A stretch of DNA of 64,000 nt from Lachnospiraceae bacterium (GTDB taxonomy: Bacteria > Bacteroidota > Bacteroidia > Bacteroidales > Bacteroidaceae). The notes beneath the pieces were generated by a model that was not told the origin of the DNA, did no database searches, and was given only the letters and a program-made list of their open reading frames with translations. Made by a program: the position numbers and the translations under genes. The stretch is taken from the NCBI GenBank assembly GCA_963660075.1, contig CAVKWN010000003.1, forward strand, positions 4,517-68,516, given 5' to 3'. Shown piece by piece: positions 47,583 to 56,746 of this stretch (the first letter of the stretch is position 1; each line of letters starts with the position of its first letter).

Positions 47583-50123
47583 ATGAGCAACAAACGTTTG
47601 GCCATGGTACTGATGATGTCATTCATTTGCATCCTAAGTGCAATGGCACAGAAAATCACGGGTCAAGTTGTAGACAAGGATGGTTATGCCATTCCCTACG
47701 CAAGTATTACATATCGTGGACATCACATAGCCGTCTCAAGCGACATTGACGGTAAGTTTACCATTGAAAAGCATCCCGGTTGGCCCATCACGGTGACAAG
47801 TGTCGGATTCAAGAGTGCCACGTTAAAGGTTGACGCTAACACTGACGACCTGGGCAAGATCGTGCTAAAGGACGACTCACGCTCGCTCGCTGAGGTAGTG
47901 GTGAAACAGAAGCGCGGACGCTACCGCCGCAAGGACAACCCTGCAGTGGAACTGATGCGCAGGGTAATAGCAGCCAAGAAGAAAAGCGACTTGAGCAATC
48001 ATCCTTATTATCAATATGATAAGTATCAAAAGATAACACTTGCCTTCAACGACATCACCGACAAGCAGCTTGAAGGCAATTTCTTCAAGAAACGCTCTTA
48101 CCTTCGCGATCAAATAGAGGTGTCGTCTTTCAACGGAAAGCGCATCCTGCCTATCCAGGTCGACGAGACCGTGACACAACACGTCTACCGCAAAAGCCCA
48201 CAAAAGGAGAAAGACATCATCATGGGCCAACAGTCGAACGGCATAGGCGAGATGCTTTCCACCGGCGAGATACTCAACACCATGCTCAAGGAGGTGTTCA
48301 CCGATGTTGACATCTACGACGATTATGTTCGCCTTGTGCAGTATCCCTTCGTCTCGCCCATCGGCAAGGACGCCATTTCTTTCTATCACTTTTACATAGA
48401 GGACACCACTTATGTGGAAAAGGACAAGTGCTATCACCTCCAGTTCATCCCTGCAAACCAGCAAGACTTTGGCTTCCGCGGAGAGCTTTACGTGCTTGCC
48501 GACTCCACGCTGCACGTGAGAAAAGTGAACCTCTACATGCCAAAGAAGAGTGACGTGAACTGGATCGACGACATGCAGATCACGCAGGAGTACACAAAGC
48601 TCGACAATGGGGAGTGGGTGCTCACGCAAGACGACATGGTAGCGGAAATTCATGCCAACAAGCTCTTGCAGGACCTGCAGGTCTCACGCACCACCCGCCT
48701 TACAAACTATTCGTTCAACGACTTACCCAAGCAGCTCTTCCAAGGCAAGGCCAAAGTGAAACATTATAGCGACGCGTACAACCGCAACGAGGCATTCTGG
48801 AACAGCTACAGGCAAGTGGAGCTGACTAAGAGCGAGTCGTCGATGTCGCAGTTTATCACCAATCTGCAAAACTCGAAAGGTTTCAAATATATCATCAAGG
48901 CCGTACAGGTGCTCGTAGAGAACTATGTGGAAACCAATCTTGACCCAAAGAAGAAAAGCAAGTTCGACATAGGACCTATCAATACTTTCATCAGTTCCAA
49001 CTATGTGGACGGTTTGCGCTTGCGCTTGGCTGGCCGTACACTGGCAGCCCTCAACCCACACTTCTTCTGGAATGGCTACGCGGCTTACGGAACCAAGACC
49101 CATCGCTGGTACTATGGCGATGAATTCACGTGGTCGCTCAACAAGAAGCAGCTAAGCCCATTTGAGTTCCCGCAGCGCAACCTCACGTTCGAGACCGCGC
49201 GTGACGTGATGTCGCCTTCCGACCTCAACCTTATCCACAACAAGGACAACATCTTCATGACCCTGCGGTCTTCTTCACAGAAAGAGATGTTCCTTTACAA
49301 CCGCCAACGCCTCACGTTCAACTATGAGACCGAGGCTGGCTGGCGATACAACGCGCGCTTACAGACCCAGAGCAACGAGACGCAAGGGGAGCTCCACTTC
49401 TACAAGGTAAACACGGGCGAGGAAATAAGGAAGATTCGCCTTACCGATGCCACGGTTGGCATTACATGGAACCCCGGAGTGACCTACGTGAACACCAAGC
49501 GCACGCGCCTTCCCGTCAACCTCGACTCGCCAGACATAAACCTCAGCCACACCATGGGCTTCAAGGGCGTGCTTGGTGGCGACTTCCGTAGCAACATCAC
49601 GTCGTTGAGCATATATCAACGCCAATGGCTCGGCTCGTGGGGATACATGGACATCCACGTTAAAGGGCAAGCGCAATGGAACAAGGTGCCATTCCCACTT
49701 CTCATTCAGCCACCCGTAAACCTCAGCTATGTAGAGACAGAGAATACCGTTTCGCTCGTGCACGACTGGGAGTTTCTGAACGACCGCCAGGTGTTCTGGA
49801 GCTGGAAATGGGACCTCAACGGAAAGCTGCTCAACCGCATTCCGTTGATAAGGAAGCTGAAATGGAGAGAGTTTGTCGACGTGAAAGGGTTCTGGGGAAC
49901 ACTGACCAACAAGAACAACCCCACGAAGAACCTCAACGACAACCTGATTTACCGTTTCCCTGCCGACTCCCACATCATGAGCAACAAGCCGTATTGGGAG
50001 GTAGAAGCTGGAATACACAATATATTGAAGATCATGAGTATTGGTTATGTGCGTCGTTTGACATACAACTATCCAGGCATAAGCAAGTGGGGAATAAGGT
50101 TCGACTTCCAAGCCTCGTTCTAA
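47583..50123 (+). CDS. Carboxypeptidase-regulatory-like domain outer membrane protein (DUF5686-like)
   Basis: Signal peptide. N-terminal CarboxypepD_reg-like ITGQVVDKDGYAIPYASITY...DGKFTI. 846 aa. The C-terminus ends in F. Confidence 0.65.
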   Translation: MSNKRLAMVLMMSFICILSAMAQKITGQVVDKDGYAIPYASITYRGHHIAVSSDIDGKFTIEKHPGWPITVTSVGFKSATLKVDANTDDLGKIVLKDDSRSLAEVVVKQKRGRYRRKDNPAVELMRRVIAAKKKSDLSNHPYYQYDKYQKITLAFNDITDKQLEGNFFKKRSYLRDQIEVSSFNGKRILPIQVDETVTQHVYRKSPQKEKDIIMGQQSNGIGEMLSTGEILNTMLKEVFTDVDIYDDYVRLVQYPFVSPIGKDAISFYHFYIEDTTYVEKDKCYHLQFIPANQQDFGFRGELYVLADSTLHVRKVNLYMPKKSDVNWIDDMQITQEYTKLDNGEWVLTQDDMVAEIHANKLLQDLQVSRTTRLTNYSFNDLPKQLFQGKAKVKHYSDAYNRNEAFWNSYRQVELTKSESSMSQFITNLQNSKGFKYIIKAVQVLVENYVETNLDPKKKSKFDIGPINTFISSNYVDGLRLRLAGRTLAALNPHFFWNGYAAYGTKTHRWYYGDEFTWSLNKKQLSPFEFPQRNLTFETARDVMSPSDLNLIHNKDNIFMTLRSSSQKEMFLYNRQRLTFNYETEAGWRYNARLQTQSNETQGELHFYKVNTGEEIRKIRLTDATVGITWNPGVTYVNTKRTRLPVNLDSPDINLSHTMGFKGVLGGDFRSNITSLSIYQRQWLGSWGYMDIHVKGQAQWNKVPFPLLIQPPVNLSYVETENTVSLVHDWEFLNDRQVFWSWKWDLNGKLLNRIPLIRKLKWREFVDVKGFWGTLTNKNNPTKNLNDNLIYRFPADSHIMSNKPYWEVEAGIHNILKIMSIGYVRRLTYNYPGISKWGIRFDFQASF

Positions 50124-50145
50124 GCGTAACGTGGAATAAAACTCA

Positions 50146-50180
50146 AGGAGCTTACTTAAAGGGAAGCTCCTCATTCAATT
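50146..50180 (+). terminator. Possible weak terminator after the DUF5686-like gene
   Basis: AGGAGCTT / AAGCTCCT, an 8-bp stem with a 10-nt loop. The following T-run is poor (CATTCAATTT). Confidence 0.3.
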
Positions 50181-50187
50181 TAAAGGC

Positions 50188-50841
50188 ATGAAAATCTACA
50201 TTGCGGATAATCAAGACATAACGCGTGCCGGCTTGCTCTATATTGTCTCGCAACGCCCTGGCTGCGAGAGCAAGCTGACATCCGACAAGACAAGCCTCAT
50301 CGAGGCATTGAAGGACGACAGCCAAGTGGTGATAATCCTCGACTACACCTTGTTCGACATCAACGACGCGGCGGAGCTGAGCATCATCAGCCAACGCTTC
50401 CCGAAGGCGCAATGGATTCTCTTCAGCGATGACTTGAGCCACGACTTCTTGCGCGAGATAGTGCTCGTGTGCCCTAAATGCGGAATAGTGCTGAAAGATT
50501 GCTCACTGGCTGAGATAAGGGAGGCTCTCGACTTCGCGTCGAAAGGGAAAAGGTACATTTGCCAGCAAATCACCGAATTGCTCCTTGCCACGCCCTCCAA
50601 GGAAGAAACGCAACAAAGAGAGACACTGCCCAACCTCACGAAGACGGAGTTGGAAATACTGCGAGACATAACATTGGGAATGACCACGAAAGAGATAGCG
50701 CAAAAACGCTTTTCGAGTTTCCATACAGTCAACACTCACAGGAAAAACATATTCCGCAAACTTGGTGTCAACAACTTGCAGGAAGCAATAAAATTCGCCC
50801 TGCGTGCCGGACTCGTTGATGCCGCCGAATATTATATCTAA
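50188..50841 (+). CDS. Response regulator, LuxR/NarL family, orphan (no kinase adjacent)
   Basis: Receiver residues D7, D52, S80 and K103 are present. C-terminal LuxR HTH TKTELEILRDITLGMTTKEIAQKRFSSFHTVNTHRKNIFRKLGV. Confidence 0.85.
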   Translation: MKIYIADNQDITRAGLLYIVSQRPGCESKLTSDKTSLIEALKDDSQVVIILDYTLFDINDAAELSIISQRFPKAQWILFSDDLSHDFLREIVLVCPKCGIVLKDCSLAEIREALDFASKGKRYICQQITELLLATPSKEETQQRETLPNLTKTELEILRDITLGMTTKEIAQKRFSSFHTVNTHRKNIFRKLGVNNLQEAIKFALRAGLVDAAEYYI

Positions 50842-50851
50842 TAAGGCGCTT

Positions 50852-50962
50852 TTGCCTTTGCACGGGAATCGCGTTGCCTTTGCACTGGAATCGCGTTGCC
50901 TTTGCACTAGAATCTCATTGCCTTTACACTAGAATCAAGTCGTCATTTCAGTGTAAAGGCAA
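50852..50962. repeat. Four tandem 22-bp direct repeats TTGCCTTTGCACnGGAATCGCG plus one inverted copy; same family as 19751-19863
   Basis: Copies start at 50852, 50874, 50896 and 50918, an exact 22-bp period with progressive divergence. The inverted copy TTTCAGTGTAAAGGCAA at 50946-50962 forms a hairpin with copy 4. Confidence 0.75.
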
Positions 50963-50981
50963 TGCCATTTCAGCGTAAAAT

Positions 50982-51026
50982 AAAATAGGAGGTAAAAACC
51001 AATGGTTGGTGTTTACCTCCTATTTT
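50982..51026. terminator. Bidirectional intrinsic terminator between the response regulator gene and GH97
   Basis: Perfect 15-bp stem AAAATAGGAGGTAAA / TTTACCTCCTATTTT with a 15-nt loop. The A/T runs are built into the stem ends. Confidence 0.7.
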
Positions 51027-51094
51027 ATTTCTACAGAAACTACAGAACGCTAGCTCTCTATTATACAGCGTGTTAAGCAACACACATAACAGAC

Positions 51095-53089
51095 CTACTC
51101 GATGACAATGCCACCGTTGGGCTGGATTACCACCTTTGCCTTACCGTCCTTGCCTACCTTCAAGGTTTTCTTGACGGAGGTGAAGAACTTCTCGCCCTTC
51201 TTCTTGGGCTGGTCTGTGATGTAGGTCACGGTCTTGCCTGCAAACATCGGCAAATCCAAAGTCAGCGACAAAGGCGTGTCAGTGGCGTTCAGTCCGCCCA
51301 CCATCCATTTGCCGTTGTTCACGGAAGCCGTACCACCGTTAGAGGCGGAAGCCTTGCGAGCCACCACGGCATACTTCGTTGGATAGCCTGCAATGAACTT
51401 CACGTCGTCCCATGCCGTGGGCACGCCCTTGAGCCAGTCAAGTTCCCACTGGGGCACGTCCTCCAGATTGTTGGGATAAAGGCAGACGCAGTTCACGCTG
51501 CTTTGGTTGGTGATAGCTGTAGCCATCTCGAAAGCATCGCTCGTATAGCGCTGGTGGCGGCTCATGTTGTCGCGCGAGAAATACTTGTTCATCATCACGC
51601 CGCCCCAGTCGAAGCTCGCCACGGCGTTGCGGGAGAAGGGGTGCATCGTCATCTCGAAGGCCTCCTGCTTGGCATGGTGGTCGGTGAAGAAGACGTTCTC
51701 CGAAGCCAATGCCGCCTCACTAGACACATAGTTGGGGTACATGCGCTCCCAGCCGCGAGGGATGGTGCAGCCATGGAAGATGACCTCCAGGCCGTAGTCG
51801 TTGGCATCGCTGAGGATATCCTCGTAGAGGCGCATGGTCTCCTGCTTGTCGCCACCGAAGAAATCGACCTTGATGCCCACTACGCCTATTTTCTTCATCC
51901 ACGCCATTTCCTTCTTTCGCGCAATGGCATTGTTCATTATTTGGCGAGGTGTCTGGGGAGCATCGTTCTCGAAGCCGTTGGAATTGTACCAGAGCATCAG
52001 ACTCACGCCCTTGCCCTTGGCATACTTCGAGAGCAGCTCGATGCGCTCCCTACCTATCTGCTTGTCCCACCAGTTGTCTACCAAGATAGCCTCGTAGCCT
52101 TGTGCGGCAGCCACATCCACCATCTTCACTTGGTCGTCGTAGTTGATAGAATTGTCCTGCCAGATGAGCCAGCTCCAAGTGTATCGGGCAGGCTTATAGT
52201 CTTTGCCAGGTTCGTAGAGAGGGGTAACGACATCGTAGGGGATGGTGGTCTCTACGATGGGAGCCAACGAAGAGCCTACCGTGATGGTGCGCCAAGGGGT
52301 CTCGCCCGGCAACGGGATGCCAGCGTACTCCGACCCTACGCCGTTGTTCTCGCCCTTTTGGGGGAAGGCAATGGTGTAGCCCTTGCCCTGCTCATAGTCG
52401 GAGAGACGGCTTCCGGGGTATGCGCTCGACACGCCGGTCTCGCTCACCAAAACCCAGCCGTCGTTGCCTACTTTGAAAAGGCAAGGAAAGGTATATCCCA
52501 CGCCATACTGCGACTTCACGTCCATCTTTGCGTCGGGCGTGTATTCCTCCTCGTAGGAAGGCTTGGTGCGCTCCCAACCAGTCATCGGGGTTATCTGTGG
52601 ACAGAGGAAGGTGGTGGTTTGGTCGGGGAAGTTGAATCCGCTCACCTCATTATATATTATCACCGCCTTGGGGTTGTCCTTCTTGGGGCGTGTCATCTCG
52701 TACTTGTAGGCCACGTCGTTGTCGGAGACGTGCAGATGGAGGGTCATGGAGTCTTTGGCAGCGTTGAGGAAGCCGATGGTAGCCTCATACACATCCTTCT
52801 CCACGTGCCCTTTCTTGGTGCGCGTCATGTCGTAGGCGAGGTGCCTCTTTTCGCCCTTGCAACCGCCCATCGTGAGACCTTGCGAGAAGTCGCCGTAATT
52901 GGCCACCAACCCGAGCGCCGACGGCCGCAGCATCTGCTTGCCATCCAGTTCCACGGAGTAGGAGGCCTTGCCCCCCTCGCACGCCACGTTCACCTTCAAC
53001 TTGCCGCTGGGCGAGGTCACTGTGTAGTTGCCAGCTTGCGCACAGACTGCGCCAAGCAACAAAATACTAGTCAGAATATTTGTTTTCAT
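51095..53089 (-). CDS. Glycoside hydrolase family 97 (SusB-like alpha-glucosidase/alpha-galactosidase family)
   Basis: 664 aa. Signal peptide. The N-terminus ...VTSPSGKLKVNV...ASYSVELDGKQMLRPSALGL is typical of GH97 as I remember it. TIM-barrel middle section. Confidence 0.75.
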   Translation of the reverse strand: MKTNILTSILLLGAVCAQAGNYTVTSPSGKLKVNVACEGGKASYSVELDGKQMLRPSALGLVANYGDFSQGLTMGGCKGEKRHLAYDMTRTKKGHVEKDVYEATIGFLNAAKDSMTLHLHVSDNDVAYKYEMTRPKKDNPKAVIIYNEVSGFNFPDQTTTFLCPQITPMTGWERTKPSYEEEYTPDAKMDVKSQYGVGYTFPCLFKVGNDGWVLVSETGVSSAYPGSRLSDYEQGKGYTIAFPQKGENNGVGSEYAGIPLPGETPWRTITVGSSLAPIVETTIPYDVVTPLYEPGKDYKPARYTWSWLIWQDNSINYDDQVKMVDVAAAQGYEAILVDNWWDKQIGRERIELLSKYAKGKGVSLMLWYNSNGFENDAPQTPRQIMNNAIARKKEMAWMKKIGVVGIKVDFFGGDKQETMRLYEDILSDANDYGLEVIFHGCTIPRGWERMYPNYVSSEAALASENVFFTDHHAKQEAFEMTMHPFSRNAVASFDWGGVMMNKYFSRDNMSRHQRYTSDAFEMATAITNQSSVNCVCLYPNNLEDVPQWELDWLKGVPTAWDDVKFIAGYPTKYAVVARKASASNGGTASVNNGKWMVGGLNATDTPLSLTLDLPMFAGKTVTYITDQPKKKGEKFFTSVKKTLKVGKDGKAKVVIQPNGGIVIE

Positions 53090-53120
53090 GATTTATTTTT
53101 AAATCGTTAGGTTTTCGGTG

Positions 53121-53128
53121 CAAAGATA
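53121..53128 (-). promoter_or_regulatory. -7 promoter box TATCTTTG for GH97
   Basis: Exact TAnnTTTG about 31 nt upstream of ATG 53089. Confidence 0.45.
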
Positions 53129-53234
53129 GCTAATTATCTGAAAAAGGACAAGCGAGAAGTGTTAATTTTACACCTTTCCGCCAAATACGTAACTAAAATG
53201 CCAATTATCCTTTACGCTCATGCCGAGCATACCG

Positions 53235-53275
53235 CAAAAAAGCCTGCAGCGGAGGCATACCGTCGCAGGCTTTTC
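53235..53275 (-). terminator. Intrinsic terminator of the aminopeptidase gene
   Basis: Minus strand: GCCTGCGACGG...CCGCTGCAGGC (6+3 bp stem with an internal mismatch pair) followed by TTTTTTG. Confidence 0.5.
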
Positions 53276-53350
53276 TCATTATTAGTCCGAATATTTGAAT
53301 ATCAAGCGAAGCCTTCTAATTGCCAGGGCGTTACTTGATTTCCACACTAC

Positions 53351-54757
53351 CTATCCTTGGTTTGCTGCCATGAATTCCTCCACATCCTTTGGATGATAAG
53401 GAATGCGATCCTTGCCGATGAACCTGCAACCGTCCTTGGTTATGAGCAGGTCGTCCTCGATGCGGATGCCGCCAAAGTCCTTATAGGTCTCAAGCTTGTC
53501 GAAATTGATAAACTCCTTGCAATGACCAGAAGCTTTCCAATCGTCGATGAGGGCTGGAATGAAGTAGATTCCTGGCTCGTCGGTCACAACAAATCCTTCC
53601 TGCAAACGACGTCCCATGCGAAGGCAATTTGTGCCAAACTGCTCAAGGTTGGGACGCACTTCGTCGTCGAATCCCACGTTGATTTGGTCGAGCGACTCCA
53701 TGTCGTGAACGTCCATGCCCATCATGTGGCCTAAGCCATGAACCATGAACATGGCATGAGCACCGGCGGCAATAGCCTCCTCGGTGTCACCCTTCATCAA
53801 GCCTATCTCCTTGAGCCTGTCGGTGATAAGGCGGCATACACCAAAGTGAACGTCCCACCACTTAACGCCAGGCTTAGCCACTGAGAGAGCGTAGTCGTGA
53901 GCCGCCTCTACAATGGAGTAAATCTCAAGTTGTCTTTGGTCGAAGTGACCGCTTACAGGTGTCGTGCGAGTGTTGTCAGAACAATAGTGGTCCATGGTCT
54001 CGGCACCAGCGTCGCAGAGCATCAACTTGCCAGCCTGCAATTTGTTCAATGATGGCGCGCCATGCTGTATCTCGCCATGTTGAGACAATATCGTTGGGAA
54101 GCTCACCATCGAGCCCATGCTGTTGGCAATGCCATCCAGCGCGCCGGCTATTTCTTTCTCTACCACACCAGGACGACACATCTTCATGGCAGTGGTATGC
54201 ATCTTGTATCCTATGATTGCAGCCCTCTCCAGCTCGTCGATCTCCTCTTGCGTCTTGGTAGAACGCAACTTCACCACGGCCTGTATGAGAGGCATCGACG
54301 CGCTTTCCTTCTGCTGGTTGGGATGTATGCCAAGAAGGTCGAATATCTGTATCTTGATGTCCGCGCGATAAGGTGGAAGGAAGTGAATCTTCCTGTGAAG
54401 ACGCATGGCATCGTTGCAGATGGTCTTCAGCGACTTCATTGGGGCGGAATTGTGTACACCAACCTGAGCCGCCATGTCGTGGACGCTATCCACAGAGCCA
54501 TACCAAACAATGTCGTCGATGCTGATGTCATCGCCCACAAGTGTCTCGATATCGTTGTCCACGTCGATCACGCCTACAAGCCCGTCGCGCTGCTGACCAA
54601 AAAAGTACAAGAACGACGAGTCTTGACGGAATGGATAATAAGTGTTGTTGGGGAAGTTGGCAGGAGAACCATTGTTGCCAAAAAGCAAAATGACGCCCTC
54701 ACCTACGAGCTTCTTTAGCTCTGCCCGACGATTTACATAAGTCTCTTTGCTGAACAT
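53351..54757 (-). CDS. Xaa-Pro aminopeptidase (M24B, PepP-like)
   Basis: 468 aa from ATG 54757 (MFSKETYVNRRAEL...). Metal-ligand motifs HGLGHMMGMDVHD, EPGIY and IRIEDD. The track's 631-aa version runs through the promoter and the patatin gene. Confidence 0.85.
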   Translation of the reverse strand: MFSKETYVNRRAELKKLVGEGVILLFGNNGSPANFPNNTYYPFRQDSSFLYFFGQQRDGLVGVIDVDNDIETLVGDDISIDDIVWYGSVDSVHDMAAQVGVHNSAPMKSLKTICNDAMRLHRKIHFLPPYRADIKIQIFDLLGIHPNQQKESASMPLIQAVVKLRSTKTQEEIDELERAAIIGYKMHTTAMKMCRPGVVEKEIAGALDGIANSMGSMVSFPTILSQHGEIQHGAPSLNKLQAGKLMLCDAGAETMDHYCSDNTRTTPVSGHFDQRQLEIYSIVEAAHDYALSVAKPGVKWWDVHFGVCRLITDRLKEIGLMKGDTEEAIAAGAHAMFMVHGLGHMMGMDVHDMESLDQINVGFDDEVRPNLEQFGTNCLRMGRRLQEGFVVTDEPGIYFIPALIDDWKASGHCKEFINFDKLETYKDFGGIRIEDDLLITKDGCRFIGKDRIPYHPKDVEEFMAANQG

Positions 54758-54787
54758 AGTCTGAATGTTTTTGAGTTCTTTATAAAG

Positions 54788-54795
54788 CAAAATTA
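54788..54795 (-). promoter_or_regulatory. -7 promoter box TAATTTTG for the aminopeptidase gene
   Basis: Exact TAnnTTTG about 30 nt upstream of ATG 54757. Confidence 0.45.
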
Positions 54796-54817
54796 CAAAA
54801 GTTTGATAGAAAAATCT

Positions 54818-54825
54818 TAACTTTG
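54818..54825 (+). promoter_or_regulatory. -7 promoter box TAACTTTG for the patatin-like gene
   Basis: Exact TAnnTTTG about 22 nt upstream of ATG 54848. Confidence 0.45.
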
Positions 54826-54847
54826 CATACAAAATAACACTTTTTAT

Positions 54848-55705
54848 ATGCTTATTGACCCTCGTTCCATGGGTTTGGTACTTGAAGGCGGTGGCATGCG
54901 TGGCGTATTTACCAGTGGCGTGCTCGATGCCTTCATGAAACACGGACTCTACTTCGACTATATCGTCGCAGTCTCTGCAGGAGCCTGCAACGGCATGAGC
55001 TATGTTTCCCGCCAGCCTCGGCGCGCCCGCCTCTCCAATATCGACTTCCTCGCCAAGTACAACTATATTGGACTTCGGCATCTTGTGACGCAAGGGTGCA
55101 TATTCGACCAAAAGCTTCTGTACGACCGCTTCCCCAATGAGCTGATACCCTTTGACTATGACGAGTTCTTTAAACACTCTGCCGGATTCGAGGTTGTTGC
55201 CACAAACTGCCAGACGGGACGCAGCGAATACCTGACGGAGACACACGACCGCCAGCGCACTTGCGATTTGGCAAGAGCCTCAAGCTCTCTGCCATACGTA
55301 AGCAAGATAACATGGATCGACGGGCGGCCGATGCTCGACGGAGGCATTGTCGACTCCATACCCATAAGACGGGCACAAGCCACTGGCCACAAGCACAACA
55401 TCGTGATAACCACTCGCAACTATGGCTATAGGGAATCGGGACACGACCGCAAGCAGCCAATGTTCATCTACCGCCACTACCCTCGCCTCCGCGTCGTGCT
55501 AAGCCACCGCATTGAGGCTTATAATGAGCAACTGCAAATGGTGGAAGACCTTGAGCGAGACGGACAAATCACCGTCATCCGTCCTCAAAACCCAATGGAG
55601 GTGCACAGGATTGAAAAAGACATCACCAAACTCGAACGCCTCTATGAGGAAGGGTTCAAGCTTGGCGAGGAATTCTGTCAGAATAACGAGATTGCTATCG
55701 ACTAA
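54848..55705 (+). CDS. Patatin-like phospholipase family protein
   Basis: Oxyanion-hole GGGMRG, nucleophile elbow VSAGA, catalytic Asp region LDGGIVD. Confidence 0.8.
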   Translation: MLIDPRSMGLVLEGGGMRGVFTSGVLDAFMKHGLYFDYIVAVSAGACNGMSYVSRQPRRARLSNIDFLAKYNYIGLRHLVTQGCIFDQKLLYDRFPNELIPFDYDEFFKHSAGFEVVATNCQTGRSEYLTETHDRQRTCDLARASSSLPYVSKITWIDGRPMLDGGIVDSIPIRRAQATGHKHNIVITTRNYGYRESGHDRKQPMFIYRHYPRLRVVLSHRIEAYNEQLQMVEDLERDGQITVIRPQNPMEVHRIEKDITKLERLYEEGFKLGEEFCQNNEIAID

Positions 55706-55726
55706 GCCCTGGGCGACATCTTGAGG

Positions 55727-56491
55727 CTATCGCTGGTAATCGTACTTGCGATAATAATCGTTGCCCTGCTTGGGCATCCAGTCTTTCTCTACCGACAGCT
55801 GAAGAGAGAAGTTCTTGTTTGGTGTCCACCTTATGGCGGCACCTAATCGGTCGGCATAAGGATTGTAGCCAGGATAGCCGAAACCATTGCAGCCATAACT
55901 GTAGTATCCGTAATAAGGATAGCCATAACCATTTACACCAGTGTTGGCCAACGACTTTTGACCATATATGAAAGCAGACCAATTGTCGTTTATCTGATAA
56001 CCCAATTCACCATACAATCCAGCTGAAGTAGTATTGATACCACTCCAGTTGAGATGGTTCAAGTAGCCACCCACCGTCAACCATCCACGTTTGCCAATGG
56101 GCATTGAGTAGTTGAGGCTTATGTCTTGGGCGAACCCTGCTCCTTTTGGGGCACCCTTGCCAAAGCCAGCTATCACACTGAGACCAACGCTTCCGTGCAA
56201 CTCGCCTTTGGTTTTCTTTACTTGCTTTTTTGCTGGGCTCTCATTATCAGAGTAAGTGCCGTTTATGTCCTTCGCAGCGTTTTCGCCCTGCGTTTCAAGG
56301 TCCGCCGTGCGTTTGGCAAAAGGAGAACCTGTGGATTGAAACGACATTCCCGTGGCGGGATTTGTCGCCATAATTGCGCTGCCAGGCACAAACCTGACTG
56401 GTGAGCCTCCGTTCAGAACACTGTGGTCTGATTGTGCCGAGGCCAATGCCGGAAGGCCGAGAAATATATATATAATAATGAGTCTTCTCAT
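55727..56491 (-). CDS. Small secreted/outer-membrane protein with a Gly/Tyr/Pro-rich segment
   Basis: From ATG 56491: signal MRRLIIIYIFLGLPALASAQ. Low-complexity GYGYPYYGYYSYGCNGFGYPGYNPY near the C-terminus. No family recognised. Confidence 0.55.
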   Translation of the reverse strand: MRRLIIIYIFLGLPALASAQSDHSVLNGGSPVRFVPGSAIMATNPATGMSFQSTGSPFAKRTADLETQGENAAKDINGTYSDNESPAKKQVKKTKGELHGSVGLSVIAGFGKGAPKGAGFAQDISLNYSMPIGKRGWLTVGGYLNHLNWSGINTTSAGLYGELGYQINDNWSAFIYGQKSLANTGVNGYGYPYYGYYSYGCNGFGYPGYNPYADRLGAAIRWTPNKNFSLQLSVEKDWMPKQGNDYYRKYDYQR

Positions 56492-56512
56492 GATCGTGTA
56501 AGTTATCTCATG

Positions 56513-56520
56513 CAAATTTA
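56513..56520 (-). promoter_or_regulatory. -7 promoter box TAAATTTG for the small OMP gene
   Basis: Exact TAnnTTTG about 21 nt upstream of ATG 56491. The track's start 56515 would lie inside the box. Confidence 0.45.
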
Positions 56521-56573
56521 GTCATTTGAATAATATTTTTGTCTTTTTTCTTGCAAGTTTTAAATAAAAACTA

Positions 56574-56581
56574 TAATTTTG
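56574..56581 (+). promoter_or_regulatory. -7 promoter box TAATTTTG for the phe/tyr leader and operon
   Basis: Exact TAnnTTTG about 29 nt upstream of the leader ATG 56611. Confidence 0.45.
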
Positions 56582-56610
56582 CCGATGATTTAACAAGAAT
56601 AATACAACAC

Positions 56611-56685
56611 ATGAAGTTTTACGCAACATATTCCTATTATTATTTCTACTTTGCAAGCAGTTGTGAAGCGGGAAGTTGCGTGTAA
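56611..56685 (+). CDS. Candidate Phe/Tyr leader peptide, 24 aa
   Basis: Hand translation gives MKFYATYSYYYFYFASSCEAGSCV. 9 of codons 3-14 are Tyr (6) or Phe (3). A-rich stretch before the ATG. Followed by a terminator/antiterminator pair and then pheA. Confidence 0.65.
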   Translation: MKFYATYSYYYFYFASSCEAGSCV

Positions 56686-56746
56686 TTTCAACTTACGACA
56701 AGAGATACAAAACCTCATATAGGTTTGCATTCAAGGTCCCGCTTCA
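56664..56746 (+). promoter_or_regulatory. Candidate antiterminator pairing in the phe/tyr leader
   Basis: TGAAGCGGGA (56664-56673, leader codons 18-21) is an exact copy of the terminator 3' arm core (56756-56765). It is perfectly complementary to TCCCGCTTCA (56737-56746), the terminator 5' arm. Confidence 0.6.

Noticed and set aside
47877-50174. 258-aa and 271-aa minus-strand ORFs (47877-48653 and 49359-50174)
   Set aside because: Antisense shadows inside the 846-aa DUF5686-like gene, with no motifs.
50188-50841. Response regulator suspected of having an atypical, non-phosphorylatable receiver
   Set aside because: On counting, D52, S80 and K103 are in place and one acidic residue (D7) remains in the first loop, so the receiver looks functional.
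50852-50962. Tandem repeats considered as a CRISPR array
   Set aside because: The repeats are directly abutting 22-mers with no spacers, and there are no cas genes. This is not CRISPR.
51503-53110. 535-aa plus-strand ORF, with several smaller ones in 51649-52982
   Set aside because: Antisense to the GH97 gene, which has a signal peptide and family-typical sequence. The product is rich in Arg/Gly/His/Val, as expected from reading a GC-rich gene backwards.
54758-55246. N-terminal 163-codon extension of the aminopeptidase ORF (the track's 631-aa version)
   Set aside because: The extension runs through two -7 boxes and antisense through the patatin-like gene. The M24 peptidase homology begins at MFSKETY (ATG 54757).
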